From NCBI GenBank assembly GCA_965227295.1, contig OZ245742.1, forward strand, positions 448,001-512,000: a stretch of 64,000 nucleotides of DNA, given 5' to 3'. Every line of letters begins with the position of its first letter. Positions within the stretch are counted from its first letter, which is position 1. Source of the stretch: Leptonemataceae bacterium (lineage in GTDB: Bacteria > Spirochaetota > Leptospiria > Leptospirales > Leptonemataceae). The notes beneath the pieces were generated by a model. It searched no databases. It worked only from the letters and a program-made list of their open reading frames with translations, and was not told the origin of the DNA. The position numbers and the translations under genes were made by a program. Positions 27,127 to 37,325 of the stretch are shown piece by piece.

Positions 27127-30100
27127 ATGGTCCAACTCCCCGGCTACCAGACCGGCGCGACGATCTACGAAAGCGAGCGCTCGCTCATCGTACGTGCCGT
27201 GCGGGAAAGTGACGAACAGTCCGTCATCATCAAGGTCCTGAACCGCGAGCTACCGTCGCCGCGCCAGCTCGCACGTTTCCAGCGCGAGTACGAGCTGCTC
27301 CAGACCCTGGGCTCCGGCGAACAGGCCGGCATCGTGCAGGCCTTCGCCCTCGAAAAACACGGCAACAGCCTGGCCATGGTCCTCGAAGACATCCACGGCG
27401 AGTCGCTCGGCAAGATTCTCGGGCGACGCAAGCTGGACCTGCCCGTCTTTCTGCGCCTGGCGATTCGCCTCACCGACGCCCTCGGCGCCGTGCATCGCCA
27501 TAAGATCATCCACAAAGACATTAATCCCGCGAACATCGTCTGGAACTCACAGACCGATGAACTGCGCATCATCGACTTCGGCATCTCGTCGATCCTCAGC
27601 CGCGAGTCCGCGCACATCAGCGAGAGTACCGAGGGCGCGCAGTTGGAAGGCACGTATCATTACATGTCGCCGGAACAAACCGGCCGCATGAATCGCCAGA
27701 TCGATTACCGCACGGACTTCTACAGCCTGGGCGCGACGTTGTATCACATGCTCACCGGCGTACCGCCCTTCGAGTCCGCGGATCGCATGGAACTCGTGCA
27801 CTTTCACATTGCACGCAACCCGCAGCCGCCTCACGAACACAACGCCGACGCGCCGGAGATTCTTTCGCGCATCATCGCGAAACTCATGGCGAAGACCGCC
27901 GAAGATCGCTACCAGTCCGCGTACGGCATTCGCACGGACCTCGAACGCGTGCTCGCCGCCTTTAACGAAGCCGGCGGCACCGGCGTACCGGACGTGGAGT
28001 TCCAGCTCGCCGAACACGACGTCTCCGATCGCTTTCACATCCCCGAAATTCTCTACGGTCGCGAACACGAAGCGAAGCAGTTGCTCGACGCCTTCGAACG
28101 CGTCGCCGCCGGCTCCACCGAACTCATGCTCGTCGCCGGCCTGTCGGGCATCGGTAAGTCGTCGTTGGTCCAGGAGGTTCAGCGGCCCATCACCGAAAAG
28201 CGCGGTTACTTCATCGCCGGCAAGTTCGATCAACTGAACCGCAACGTTCCCTACGCACCGCTAATTCACGCTTTTCAGGACTTAGTGCGGCAGATTTTAG
28301 CCGAGAGCGAAGAACGCGTGCAGCGCTGGCGCGATCGTTTGCACCAGGCCCTGGGCAAGAACGGCCAGGTGATCGTCGACGTCATCCCGGACGTGGAGTT
28401 GATCATCGGCAAACAGGAGGCCCTGCCGGACCTGGCCCCCGCCGAAGCGCAGAACCGCTTCAACCTGGTGTTCCAGGATTTCATCAGCACGTTCGCCGAC
28501 GAATCGCATCCGCTGGTCATTTTCTTCGACGATTTGCAGTGGGCCGACCTGCCGTCGTTGCAGTTGATCCATCTCTTCGCCGTTTCGGAGACGCAGTACA
28601 TTTTCATCATCGGCGCGTACCGGGACAATGAGGTGGATCAGGCGCACCCGCTTTCGTTGACCCTCGGCGAACTCCGCAAGGCCGGCGTGCACATCGAGTC
28701 CATCTTCCTGGAACCGTTAAAGACCGAACACGTGCAACGCCTCACCGAGGATACGCTCTTCCTGGATCATGCCACGGCCCGGCCCCTGGCCGACCTCTGC
28801 TACGAGAAAACCGGCGGCAACCCGTTCTTCCTGAATCAGTTTCTCTTAAGATTAAACGAAGAGGAGTTTATCTACTTCGACAACGAACGCGCGGTCTGGG
28901 CCTGGGAACTCGAGAAGATCAAGGCCATGGAGGCCACGGACAACGTCATCGATCTCATGACCGGCAAGATCAAGAAGCTCTCGCCGGAAACCCAGAGCGC
29001 GCTCAAGCTCGCCGCGTGCATCGGCGCGCAGTTCGATCTGCGTACTCTTTCCGTCGTCACCGAGAAGGACATGGACGCCACCGCCGGCGATCTCCTCGAA
29101 GCGTTGGTGGAAGGTTTGATTATGCCCGCGGGCACCGTGGGCGGATTCACCGAGGATCCGGAGGACGACTCCATTCTCTACGACTTCCTGCACGACCGCG
29201 TTCAGCAGGCGGCCTACTCGCTCATCGACGAGGCCGAGAAAAAGGCCGTTCATCTTAAGATCGGCCGGTTGCTGATGCAAAGCTACAGCGGCGAACACCT
29301 GCACGATCGCATCTTCAACGTTACCAACCACGTCAACCTGGGTCGCTCGCTCATCCGGACCGGTGCCGGCGAAGAAGCGCAGCAGGAACTCTTAAAGATC
29401 GCCGAGTTGAACTTAATCGCCGGAAAGAAGGCCAAGGCCTCCGCCGCCTACCAGCCCGCCTTCGAGTATTTGCGCACCGGCGTCGAAATTCTAAAAGCGG
29501 CGGCGGACACCGAGGTCCGCGCCTGGAAACAACACTACGATCTTGCACTGAACCTGATCTCGGAAGCCGCCGAGGCCGCCTACCTGTCCGCGGACTTCGC
29601 CTCGATGGAACGCCTCGCCGCGGAAGTGGTACGCAACGCGAAGTTCCTCGACCAGGGCCGCACCCATCGCATTCGCATCTCCGCGCTGGTGGCGCAAAAC
29701 CAACCCATGGACGCCGTGAAAGCGGCCTTCGCCGTGCTGCGCAAACACGGCATTCGTTTTCCCACGCGCCCGCGCACGCCGGACATCCTCGCCGGCCTCC
29801 TGCGCACCAAGATGGCCCTGGCCGGCAAAAAACCCGCAGACCTCGGACGCCTGCCCGAAATGTCCGACCCGGCGAAGTTAGAGGTCATGCGCATCTTCGG
29901 CAGCGCGACGCTGGCCGCTTACATCGCGTCCCCGGAAGCCGTGGCCCTCATCGCCTTCAAGCAGGTGCAGATTTCCGTGAAGTTCGGCAACACCGCGCGC
30001 TCGGCCTTCGGTTACGGCACGTACGGTTTCATCTTATGCGGCGCGGTCGGCGAAATTGAAAACGGCTACAAATTCGCGACCCTGGCCATGGACCTGGTCC

Positions 30101-32625
30101 GTCGCTTCGACGCACGCGAGCTCCGCCCGCAGATGATCCTCATCTTCAACAGCCTGGTGCGCCACTGGAAGGATCCCTACCGGGACAGCCTGGCCCCGTC
30201 CCTCGAGGGTTATCAGCTCGGCCTGGAAGTCGGCGACCTGGAGTACGCCTGTTTCAACGCGGTGATGTATTGCTACATCTCCTGGCTGGCCGGCCGCAAC
30301 CTGCAGGACGTCGAAGACGAGATGCGCAAGTACGGCCACGTCGTAGAACGCCACAAACAACAGACCCCGCTGCACTGGCACAACATCGTCTACCAGACCG
30401 TGTTGAACATGCGCGGCGAAGGCCGTACCGAAGTCGAGGAACTGCCGCTGTCGACGCTCGTGGGCGAACGCTACGATGAACGCGAGACGTTGCAGATCCA
30501 CCTGGACGCGAAAGATCATACCACGCTGTTCACGTTCTATTTCAACAAAGTGGTGCTCGCTTACATGGGCGGCGAGTACGAAGCAGGCCGGAAGTTCGCC
30601 GTCGAAGCGCACCGCCACATCGACGGCGCCGTGTCCACGCCGATGATCGCTGTCTTTCACTTTTACGAATCGTTGAACCTGCTGGCCCTGGTCGACGAGC
30701 AACGCCTGCGCGGCCGCAAACGCCGCAAACTACTGCGCCGCGTAAGTAAAAATCAAAACAAGTTAAAGAAATGGGCGGGCACGGCGCCGGCGAACAACTT
30801 CCACAAGTGGCTGATCGTCGAGGGCGAGCGACTCCGCCTGGACGGCGACATCGAGGGCGCGGCGGGCATGTTCGATCGCGCGAGCGAAGAAGCCCGCACG
30901 CACGAATTCGTCCAGGAACAGGCCCTGGCCAACGAACGCGCGGCCCTGCTCTGGTGGAAAAAAGGCAAAGAAGATTTTGCCGGCCTCTACATGATGAAGG
31001 CCCTGCACGGCTACCATCTCTGGGGCGCCAAACGTAAGACCGAGTTGCTGCGCAAAAAATACCCCGCGCTCATCAGTCGTGTGCAGTCTATGGCCTCGTC
31101 CCTGGCCGACACCAGCGATAGCCTCAGTGCCGCGGCTCCCGACGGCAGTGCGGTAACGATCATGTCGTCCTCCACGACGTCGACGACGGGCACGGCCACC
31201 AGTTCGGCCCGCGGCAGCGCCCTCGATCTCAGTTCCATGATGAAGGCGTCCGAGGCCATCTCCGGCGAGATCGTGCTCGAAGATCTGCTGCGCAAGATGA
31301 TGCGCATCGTCATCGAAAACGCCGGCGCGGAGAAAGGGTTTCTTCTCATGGAAGTGGACGGCCGCTGGGTGATCGAGGCCGAGGGCAGCATCGCGGCCAT
31401 CGAAGAAGAAAAACAGAACGGCGGCGAAAGCGCCGTAAAGATTTTGCAAAACGTTTCCATCGAAGACGGGCAGACCGTGGCACGTTCCGTCGTGAACTAC
31501 GTGGCACGCACGCGGGAGTTCGTGGTCCTCGAAGACGCCGCACGCAAGGGTCAGTTCACCGGCGACGCCTACGTAAAATCAAAACAACCGCGCTCCGTGT
31601 TGTGCATGCCGCTGATCCACCAGGGCCAACTGAGCGGCATCTTTTATTTAGAAAACAATCTCGCGAGCAACAGCTTCACGCCGGACCGCCTGGAAGTCCT
31701 GCGCATGCTTTCGACGCAGATCGCCAACTCGCTCCAGAACTCGCAGTTGTACCGCGACCTCCAGGCCGCCCTCGAAAAACAGACGTCGCTCACGAACGCC
31801 TACTCGCGCTTCGTTCCCCGCGACCTCTTAAAGTTTCTCGGCAAAGAATCGATCATCGACGTGGACCTGGGCGACCAGGTGCAACGCGAGATGACGGTCC
31901 TCTTCGCGGACATCCGCGGTTTCACGACGCTTTCGGAATCCATGACGCCCGACGACAATTTCAAGTTCATCAACTCGTATTTGTCCCGCATGGAACCGAT
32001 CATCGGCGCGCACCACGGCTTCATCGACAAGTACATCGGCGACGCCATTATGGCGCTCTTTCCCGCGGACGCGGAGAACGCCCTCCTCGCGGCCGTCGAA
32101 ATGCACCGCACCCTGCACGGCTACAACGCCATGCGCGTGGAACGCGGCGACGAGGCCGTGCGCATCGGCATCGGCATGAACACCGGCGAGTTGATGCTCG
32201 GCTGCATCGGCGGGCGCAATCGCATGGAAGGTACGGTAATTTCCGACGCGGTGAACTTAGCGTCACGCATCGAAGAACTGAACAAAATCTACCAGACCCG
32301 CATCCTCATCGGCGAGGCCATGCGCGCCCGGCTCGTGGACCCCGAGCGTTACCACATCCGCATGATCGATCGTGTGAAAGTGAAAGGCAAGTCCAAAGCC
32401 GTGACGGTCTACGAGGTCTTCGACGCGGACCCGGACGAGCTGCGCGATCGCAAACAGGAAGGCCGCCGGGATTTCGAGCGCGGCTTCGCCACGTACCGCA
32501 AACGCGAGTTCTCGGAAGCGCGACGAATTTTCGAAGATGTGCTCGGCCGCAATCCCGACGACACCGCGGCGGCAGTCTACATCAAACGCTGCGAAAAACT
32601 GCTCAGCCAGGGGGTGGGGGTGTAA
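27127..32625 (+). CDS. Ser/Thr kinase-AAA/STAND ATPase-TPR-GAF-adenylate cyclase
   Basis: HKDINPAN, DFG, YMSPEQTGR; GLSGIGKS, DDLQWAD; GAF; FADIRGFT, DKYIGDA, DAVNLASRIE; GAGGT RBS. Confidence 0.95.
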   Translation: MVQLPGYQTGATIYESERSLIVRAVRESDEQSVIIKVLNRELPSPRQLARFQREYELLQTLGSGEQAGIVQAFALEKHGNSLAMVLEDIHGESLGKILGRRKLDLPVFLRLAIRLTDALGAVHRHKIIHKDINPANIVWNSQTDELRIIDFGISSILSRESAHISESTEGAQLEGTYHYMSPEQTGRMNRQIDYRTDFYSLGATLYHMLTGVPPFESADRMELVHFHIARNPQPPHEHNADAPEILSRIIAKLMAKTAEDRYQSAYGIRTDLERVLAAFNEAGGTGVPDVEFQLAEHDVSDRFHIPEILYGREHEAKQLLDAFERVAAGSTELMLVAGLSGIGKSSLVQEVQRPITEKRGYFIAGKFDQLNRNVPYAPLIHAFQDLVRQILAESEERVQRWRDRLHQALGKNGQVIVDVIPDVELIIGKQEALPDLAPAEAQNRFNLVFQDFISTFADESHPLVIFFDDLQWADLPSLQLIHLFAVSETQYIFIIGAYRDNEVDQAHPLSLTLGELRKAGVHIESIFLEPLKTEHVQRLTEDTLFLDHATARPLADLCYEKTGGNPFFLNQFLLRLNEEEFIYFDNERAVWAWELEKIKAMEATDNVIDLMTGKIKKLSPETQSALKLAACIGAQFDLRTLSVVTEKDMDATAGDLLEALVEGLIMPAGTVGGFTEDPEDDSILYDFLHDRVQQAAYSLIDEAEKKAVHLKIGRLLMQSYSGEHLHDRIFNVTNHVNLGRSLIRTGAGEEAQQELLKIAELNLIAGKKAKASAAYQPAFEYLRTGVEILKAAADTEVRAWKQHYDLALNLISEAAEAAYLSADFASMERLAAEVVRNAKFLDQGRTHRIRISALVAQNQPMDAVKAAFAVLRKHGIRFPTRPRTPDILAGLLRTKMALAGKKPADLGRLPEMSDPAKLEVMRIFGSATLAAYIASPEAVALIAFKQVQISVKFGNTARSAFGYGTYGFILCGAVGEIENGYKFATLAMDLVRRFDARELRPQMILIFNSLVRHWKDPYRDSLAPSLEGYQLGLEVGDLEYACFNAVMYCYISWLAGRNLQDVEDEMRKYGHVVERHKQQTPLHWHNIVYQTVLNMRGEGRTEVEELPLSTLVGERYDERETLQIHLDAKDHTTLFTFYFNKVVLAYMGGEYEAGRKFAVEAHRHIDGAVSTPMIAVFHFYESLNLLALVDEQRLRGRKRRKLLRRVSKNQNKLKKWAGTAPANNFHKWLIVEGERLRLDGDIEGAAGMFDRASEEARTHEFVQEQALANERAALLWWKKGKEDFAGLYMMKALHGYHLWGAKRKTELLRKKYPALISRVQSMASSLADTSDSLSAAAPDGSAVTIMSSSTTSTTGTATSSARGSALDLSSMMKASEAISGEIVLEDLLRKMMRIVIENAGAEKGFLLMEVDGRWVIEAEGSIAAIEEEKQNGGESAVKILQNVSIEDGQTVARSVVNYVARTREFVVLEDAARKGQFTGDAYVKSKQPRSVLCMPLIHQGQLSGIFYLENNLASNSFTPDRLEVLRMLSTQIANSLQNSQLYRDLQAALEKQTSLTNAYSRFVPRDLLKFLGKESIIDVDLGDQVQREMTVLFADIRGFTTLSESMTPDDNFKFINSYLSRMEPIIGAHHGFIDKYIGDAIMALFPADAENALLAAVEMHRTLHGYNAMRVERGDEAVRIGIGMNTGELMLGCIGGRNRMEGTVISDAVNLASRIEELNKIYQTRILIGEAMRARLVDPERYHIRMIDRVKVKGKSKAVTVYEVFDADPDELRDRKQEGRRDFERGFATYRKREFSEARRIFEDVLGRNPDDTAAAVYIKRCEKLLSQGVGV

Positions 32626-32729
32626 GATGAGTGATCGACTCGCAAATAAGGAAATCAAAAAATGATCACCAGGCAACAACGGAACCGTGGTGTATGAGAG
32701 ACCCGAATTGTTTGTCGGCTCTTCGCGCA

Positions 32730-32836
32730 AGGGATTGGAAGGGTCGCGAAGCGAGTCTCGCGTCTTCGCGAGACCGAAGCCGAAGGCGGAGCCCTGGAAA
32801 GCCCGGTCGTCGCGCAGCGACGATGCGCCCAAAAAA
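32730..32836. repeat. REP-like multi-hairpin element
   Basis: TCGC-GAA-GCGA, GTCTCGCG-TCTT-CGCGAGAC, GCC-GAA-GGC, TCGTCGC-GCA-GCGACGA; ends GCGCCCAAAAAA. Confidence 0.7.
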
Positions 32837-32982
32837 GTCTCTCATCGTCGCGCCCGCGTGTTCCACGCCCGATTCCTCGAAGTCCGGCGACGCACCGGGC
32901 GTTTATGAAGTCACCGGCCGCGCAAGCCGGCGCGGCATTTCTCTTGCGCTCAAATGCCGGAACGTGTTCTGTTAAACCTATT

Positions 32983-33753
32983 ATGAACGGTCAAATCATC
33001 GGCATCCTCGGACTCATTGCCGGCCTCGCGGCCGTTCTCGTCGGCGCCGTCGTTGGATTCCTGTACGCCGGCATCGTTTTCGGCGCGATCATGACCGCGG
33101 TGGCCGTGCTCTACGTTGTCATCGTCTGGTTTTTCTGGCTCGGTCCCACCCTGGAACACAACCGTCTCACGCGCGACGGCGTCCCGGCCCGGGGAACCAT
33201 CCTCGAAGTCCACGACACCGGAACGTCCGTGAACAAGGATCCCCTGGTTAAACTTCTGATCGAAGTACGTTTACCGGACACGGCGCCGTACAAAGTCCAA
33301 TCGCGCACGGTCATCTCCCGGCTGAACGTGGCGCACTTTACGCCCGGCACGCCCGTGGGCCTGCGGGTGGATCCGAAGAATCAGAAAAAGGTCATCATCG
33401 AAAGCGTGGGCGACGCTTCCGCCGCGACTCCGGGCGGCGTCCCGCAACAGATCCAGGAACTGCTCGCCGCGGCGGCGCAGCGCAATCGTAGAATTCTCGA
33501 CACCGGCGAGGCGGCTGCGGCGATCATCCTGGAATGCCTGCCGTTGAACGTTCATGTCGACGGCGACAACCCGGCCATGGAATTCCGCCTTAAGGTTTTG
33601 CCCGCAAACGACGCGCCCTTCGAAGCCCGGGCCACGGCGGTCATCATGCAGGAGTCCGCATCGCGCTACCAGCCCGGCAGCGAAATCGACGTGAAGTTCG
33701 ACCCGAACGATCGCGAACACGCCGCCATCGTCTCCCGTCCCCCGCCGGGCTGA
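32983..33753 (+). CDS. Membrane protein with two DUF3592-like OB-fold domains
   Basis: Two TM helices then duplicated G.(P/A)A...IL...PG...V.(V/F)DP. Confidence 0.75.
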   Translation: MNGQIIGILGLIAGLAAVLVGAVVGFLYAGIVFGAIMTAVAVLYVVIVWFFWLGPTLEHNRLTRDGVPARGTILEVHDTGTSVNKDPLVKLLIEVRLPDTAPYKVQSRTVISRLNVAHFTPGTPVGLRVDPKNQKKVIIESVGDASAATPGGVPQQIQELLAAAAQRNRRILDTGEAAAAIILECLPLNVHVDGDNPAMEFRLKVLPANDAPFEARATAVIMQESASRYQPGSEIDVKFDPNDREHAAIVSRPPPG

Positions 33754-33799
33754 ACACGCCCGCACGGCACCGTCTGCCTTAACTTTTGCACAGGTTAAG

Positions 33800-36700
33800 T
33801 TAAATTTCTCGCGGCAGAACCCGCGACTTGCGGCCCTGGATCTCGCTTCCCCGGCGCCGGAACCGCAGCAAGGCCCGCATTCGATCCAGCGCATGCCCGG
33901 CGTCCGCGACCAACAGATACAAACACGGCAGCAATACCAACACCAGCGGCGTCGCAAAGACCAGGCCCCAGCCCAGGGCCAGGGCCATGGGCGCGTTCGA
34001 AGGATCCTCGCCGCCGAGACCGTAGGCCAGGGGCAACAGGCCCGCGGCGGTGGTGACCGTGGTCATCACGATCGCCCGCAGACGATCCGCCGAGGCGCGG
34101 GCCACAAGATCGTTAAGTTTCATCTCTGGGAAGTTACGGCGTAAACGATTGATGCGATCCACGAGCACCAGGGAATCGTTCACCACCACGCCGGCCAGAC
34201 CGATGGTTCCGAGCATGGCCATGAAACTCAGCGGTTCGCCGTGCAACGCGAAGATGATCACCACACCGGTGAGCCCGAAGGGCACGGCGGCGAGAACGAT
34301 CAACGGTTGCGTGAAGGACTGAAACAACAGCACGAGCAGAAAATAAATTCCCAGGATTGCGAGCAAAAACGCACGCAGAGCATGGCCGGTGGATTCCTGC
34401 TCCTGTTTCGCGGCGCCCTCGATACGCAGCCGCATGCCTGGAAACTTCGAGAGATCCACACTTGCCGCCACGTCCCGCGCGGCGACCGTGGGCGCGATGA
34501 TCGTTTCATCCGTGCGCGCCTGGACCTTCGTGGTTCGTTCGCCGTCCACATGGGCGTAACCGGCCGGCCCCGGCCGAACGGGAAACCGCGCCACGTGTTT
34601 TAACGGTACCAGCATACCGGTGTTGTTCGGCACCGGCAGCTCACGCAAATAACGCAGATCGCGGCGCAGGCGATCCGGCAACTTCAATCGAAAGCGCGTA
34701 TCGTCTTCGCCGTACTGGACCCGCGTGACCTCCTCACCGTCGTACGCGATGCGCACCGTGCGCATGATCGTCGCCGTATCCAGACCGAAGCGCGCCACGG
34801 CCTCGTAGTCCAGGGCCACCTCGATCTGCTCTTTGCCGCGGTGGTCGTCACGGTCGACGTCGTGCACGCCTTCCATGGCCTCCAGTTTTGCGAAGACCTC
34901 GTCCGTAAGCCGGCGGCGCACGACATCGTCGGCGCCGCTAATGTGCAGCGAGATGGGCTTCTCCGGCGACGGGCCGCTGTCGCCGATGTCCAGAGTAACA
35001 CGATCCATGCCGTGTTCCAGACGCAGCCCTTCGAAGGCCCGGCGTAATTCCGTACCGATCTCGTCGGCGCTGCGATCGCGTTTCGCGTACGGCGTTAAGT
35101 TGACATAAATCGTAGCTACGTAAGATTGTGAGACCGCTCCCTTGACACCGACGATGGACAGAAACGAATCCAGCTCCGTGTCGGGCAGAGCGCTCAGGGC
35201 ATCCTCGACGGCCGAGACGGCGTCCGAGGTCTTAGCGAGGGACGTGCCGACAGGCATGTCCACGTAGACCTGGAAATCCTCCGCGCCTTCCGAGGGAAAG
35301 AGCTTCATCGGCATGAACACGACGGCGTAGATCGCCGCGAGCATGAGCGCCGCAACGAATCCGCCAGGCCACCAGGCGCGGTACTCCAGGGCCGTGCGCA
35401 GCCAGGTCTCAAATCGGCCGCGCACGGGAGAAAACCAATCGTGCTCGATCGAAGCGTCCGCCCCGGCCGACGTTTTGCTCCCGCGACCCTGCCGGCCCTC
35501 GAGACCGTGGGCGACGTGAGCCGGCAGAGCGATCAAACTCTCCACGAGTGAGAGCAACAACGCCACGGTTACGACGAGCGGCACCACAAAGATGAACTTT
35601 CCGATGTCGCCGGGTATGAAAAACATGGGCAGGAACGCGAGGATCGTCGTCGCCACCGTCGTGAGCACCGGCAAAAATACGATCTGCAAGCCGCGCCCCG
35701 CCGCGTGCACCGGTGAACGCCCGGCCTGCCACTCGGCGTAGATCGTCTCGGATACGATGATCGCGTCGTCCACGATGATGCCGAGTACAAGGATCATCGC
35801 AGTTAATGTTACGACGTCGAGATGCACGTCGAAGAACGGCAACACCGCGATCGTTCCCAGCAGCGTAACGGGAATGCCCAGGGCGACCCAGTAGGCCGTG
35901 CGAAAGTTCAGAAAGATCGTCAGGATCACCACGACCAGAAGAAAGCCGGTGAGGCCGTTCACCAGGACCACGCTGAAACTCGCGCGCACGTACCGGGACA
36001 AATCGTGCGAGTACGTAAACTCCACGTCACCGGCGAACGGCTCCTCGGCATTCACCAGCTCACGCACGGCTTCCACGGTTCGAATGATGTCCGCGGATTC
36101 CTTTTTGCGAATACTGAAGACAATCATGTTATCACGGCCGTCAATGCGTGCCAGCACTGTTTCGTCTTCGAAATCGTCACGCACTACGGCGACGTCCTTC
36201 AGTTTGACGCCGTGATAGAAGTTACTCCGCACGATGACGTCGCCGACCTCCTCCGGCTCGCGAAATTGCGCGAGGGTTACCACGTTGCGCTCGGCGGTGT
36301 ACGACTCCAGGGTGCCCCCGGTGCCGCGCACGTTGCGCGCCTGAACGGCGTGCAGGATCTCCACGGGCGACATCTGGTATTCTTCGAGTTTTTGCGGATC
36401 GATTTCGATCTTCACTTCCCGCGCGCGAAAGCCGTATTTCTCCACGCCGGAGACGCCGTCCACTTCCAGGATCTTCTTCTCGAACGTGCGCGCGTATTCA
36501 CGTAACTTGCGATAGATTAATGTTTGCGAGGAGAGGCCGACTTCGATGATGGGCAGTTCCGAGGCGCGAATGCGGGACACCACCGGCGGCGCCGGCAGAG
36601 ACGACGGCAACCGCGGCGTGCGTCCCACGGCCTCGCGCACTTCCTGGATGGCATTGTCCGTTTCCCGTCGACCGAGGTCCGGTTCGAAGTGTACTGTAAT

Positions 36701-37021
36701 GGAAGAAACCCCTTCGAACGAAAGCGAGGTGAGCTTATCGACGCCCGACACGGCGCGCAATTCCCGCTCCAGGCGATTCGTCACGTTCAGCTCCACATCC
36801 TCCGGCGAGGCCCCGGGATAGTAGGTCTGCACGATCACCCGGTCCAGTTCCACGCGCGGAAAGAGGTCCCGCCGTGCCGTGAGTACCGCGCTCAACCCGG
36901 CGACGAGAATCATCACCGTCAAAAGATTCGCGAAGAGTCGCTGTTCGGCAAAAAATCGAAAGATACGCGCGAGCACAGGTTTCTCCTCGTTAACGTCCGG
37001 TGGATCTGCGATAGTCCGCAA
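33800..37021 (-). CDS. RND efflux permease (AcrB/AcrD/AcrF family)
   Basis: YPGASPEDVE..VT..LE, LGIIVDDAIIV.E, GVVVNDSLVLV, RLRAIVMT; start uncertain. Confidence 0.94.
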   Translation of the reverse strand: MRTIADPPDVNEEKPVLARIFRFFAEQRLFANLLTVMILVAGLSAVLTARRDLFPRVELDRVIVQTYYPGASPEDVELNVTNRLERELRAVSGVDKLTSLSFEGVSSITVHFEPDLGRRETDNAIQEVREAVGRTPRLPSSLPAPPVVSRIRASELPIIEVGLSSQTLIYRKLREYARTFEKKILEVDGVSGVEKYGFRAREVKIEIDPQKLEEYQMSPVEILHAVQARNVRGTGGTLESYTAERNVVTLAQFREPEEVGDVIVRSNFYHGVKLKDVAVVRDDFEDETVLARIDGRDNMIVFSIRKKESADIIRTVEAVRELVNAEEPFAGDVEFTYSHDLSRYVRASFSVVLVNGLTGFLLVVVILTIFLNFRTAYWVALGIPVTLLGTIAVLPFFDVHLDVVTLTAMILVLGIIVDDAIIVSETIYAEWQAGRSPVHAAGRGLQIVFLPVLTTVATTILAFLPMFFIPGDIGKFIFVVPLVVTVALLLSLVESLIALPAHVAHGLEGRQGRGSKTSAGADASIEHDWFSPVRGRFETWLRTALEYRAWWPGGFVAALMLAAIYAVVFMPMKLFPSEGAEDFQVYVDMPVGTSLAKTSDAVSAVEDALSALPDTELDSFLSIVGVKGAVSQSYVATIYVNLTPYAKRDRSADEIGTELRRAFEGLRLEHGMDRVTLDIGDSGPSPEKPISLHISGADDVVRRRLTDEVFAKLEAMEGVHDVDRDDHRGKEQIEVALDYEAVARFGLDTATIMRTVRIAYDGEEVTRVQYGEDDTRFRLKLPDRLRRDLRYLRELPVPNNTGMLVPLKHVARFPVRPGPAGYAHVDGERTTKVQARTDETIIAPTVAARDVAASVDLSKFPGMRLRIEGAAKQEQESTGHALRAFLLAILGIYFLLVLLFQSFTQPLIVLAAVPFGLTGVVIIFALHGEPLSFMAMLGTIGLAGVVVNDSLVLVDRINRLRRNFPEMKLNDLVARASADRLRAIVMTTVTTAAGLLPLAYGLGGEDPSNAPMALALGWGLVFATPLVLVLLPCLYLLVADAGHALDRMRALLRFRRRGSEIQGRKSRVLPREI

Positions 37022-37229
37022 ACACGCAACTGGAACGCACCGTCCCTTCGAAGTTTACGAGGGGCAGTGGTTGTGCGGTAATGCGGCCGGCCTCCCGGTC
37101 CTGGTTCCTCGCGGCCAGGGCCACGGCTTTTTGCCAGAGCGGATCATCCACCGCCGCGGAAGCGGAAGAGGACACGGCAAAGATCACTGAAGCGGTTGTT
37201 AGTAAGATGAGCCGGCGTGTTGCGAACAT
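36990..37229 (-). pseudogene. Probable truncated secreted-protein gene
   Basis: Signal peptide ending ASA, DPLWQKAVALAARN, then an uninformative tail running into the RND start. Confidence 0.45.
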
Positions 37230-37325
37230 GCGCAGAGTTTACGACACAGCCGGATCCTCTACAATCCGCCGGGAATCAGGCGTCGTTTTCGGGGAAAAAG
37301 ACGTCGTGGGATGGCACCGACTCTT

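Noticed and set aside
26632-32836. Hairpin elements as integron attC sites or tRNAs
   Set aside because: No RYYYAAC/GTTRRRY bounding cores, no integrase, no tRNA T-loop/D-loop consensus.
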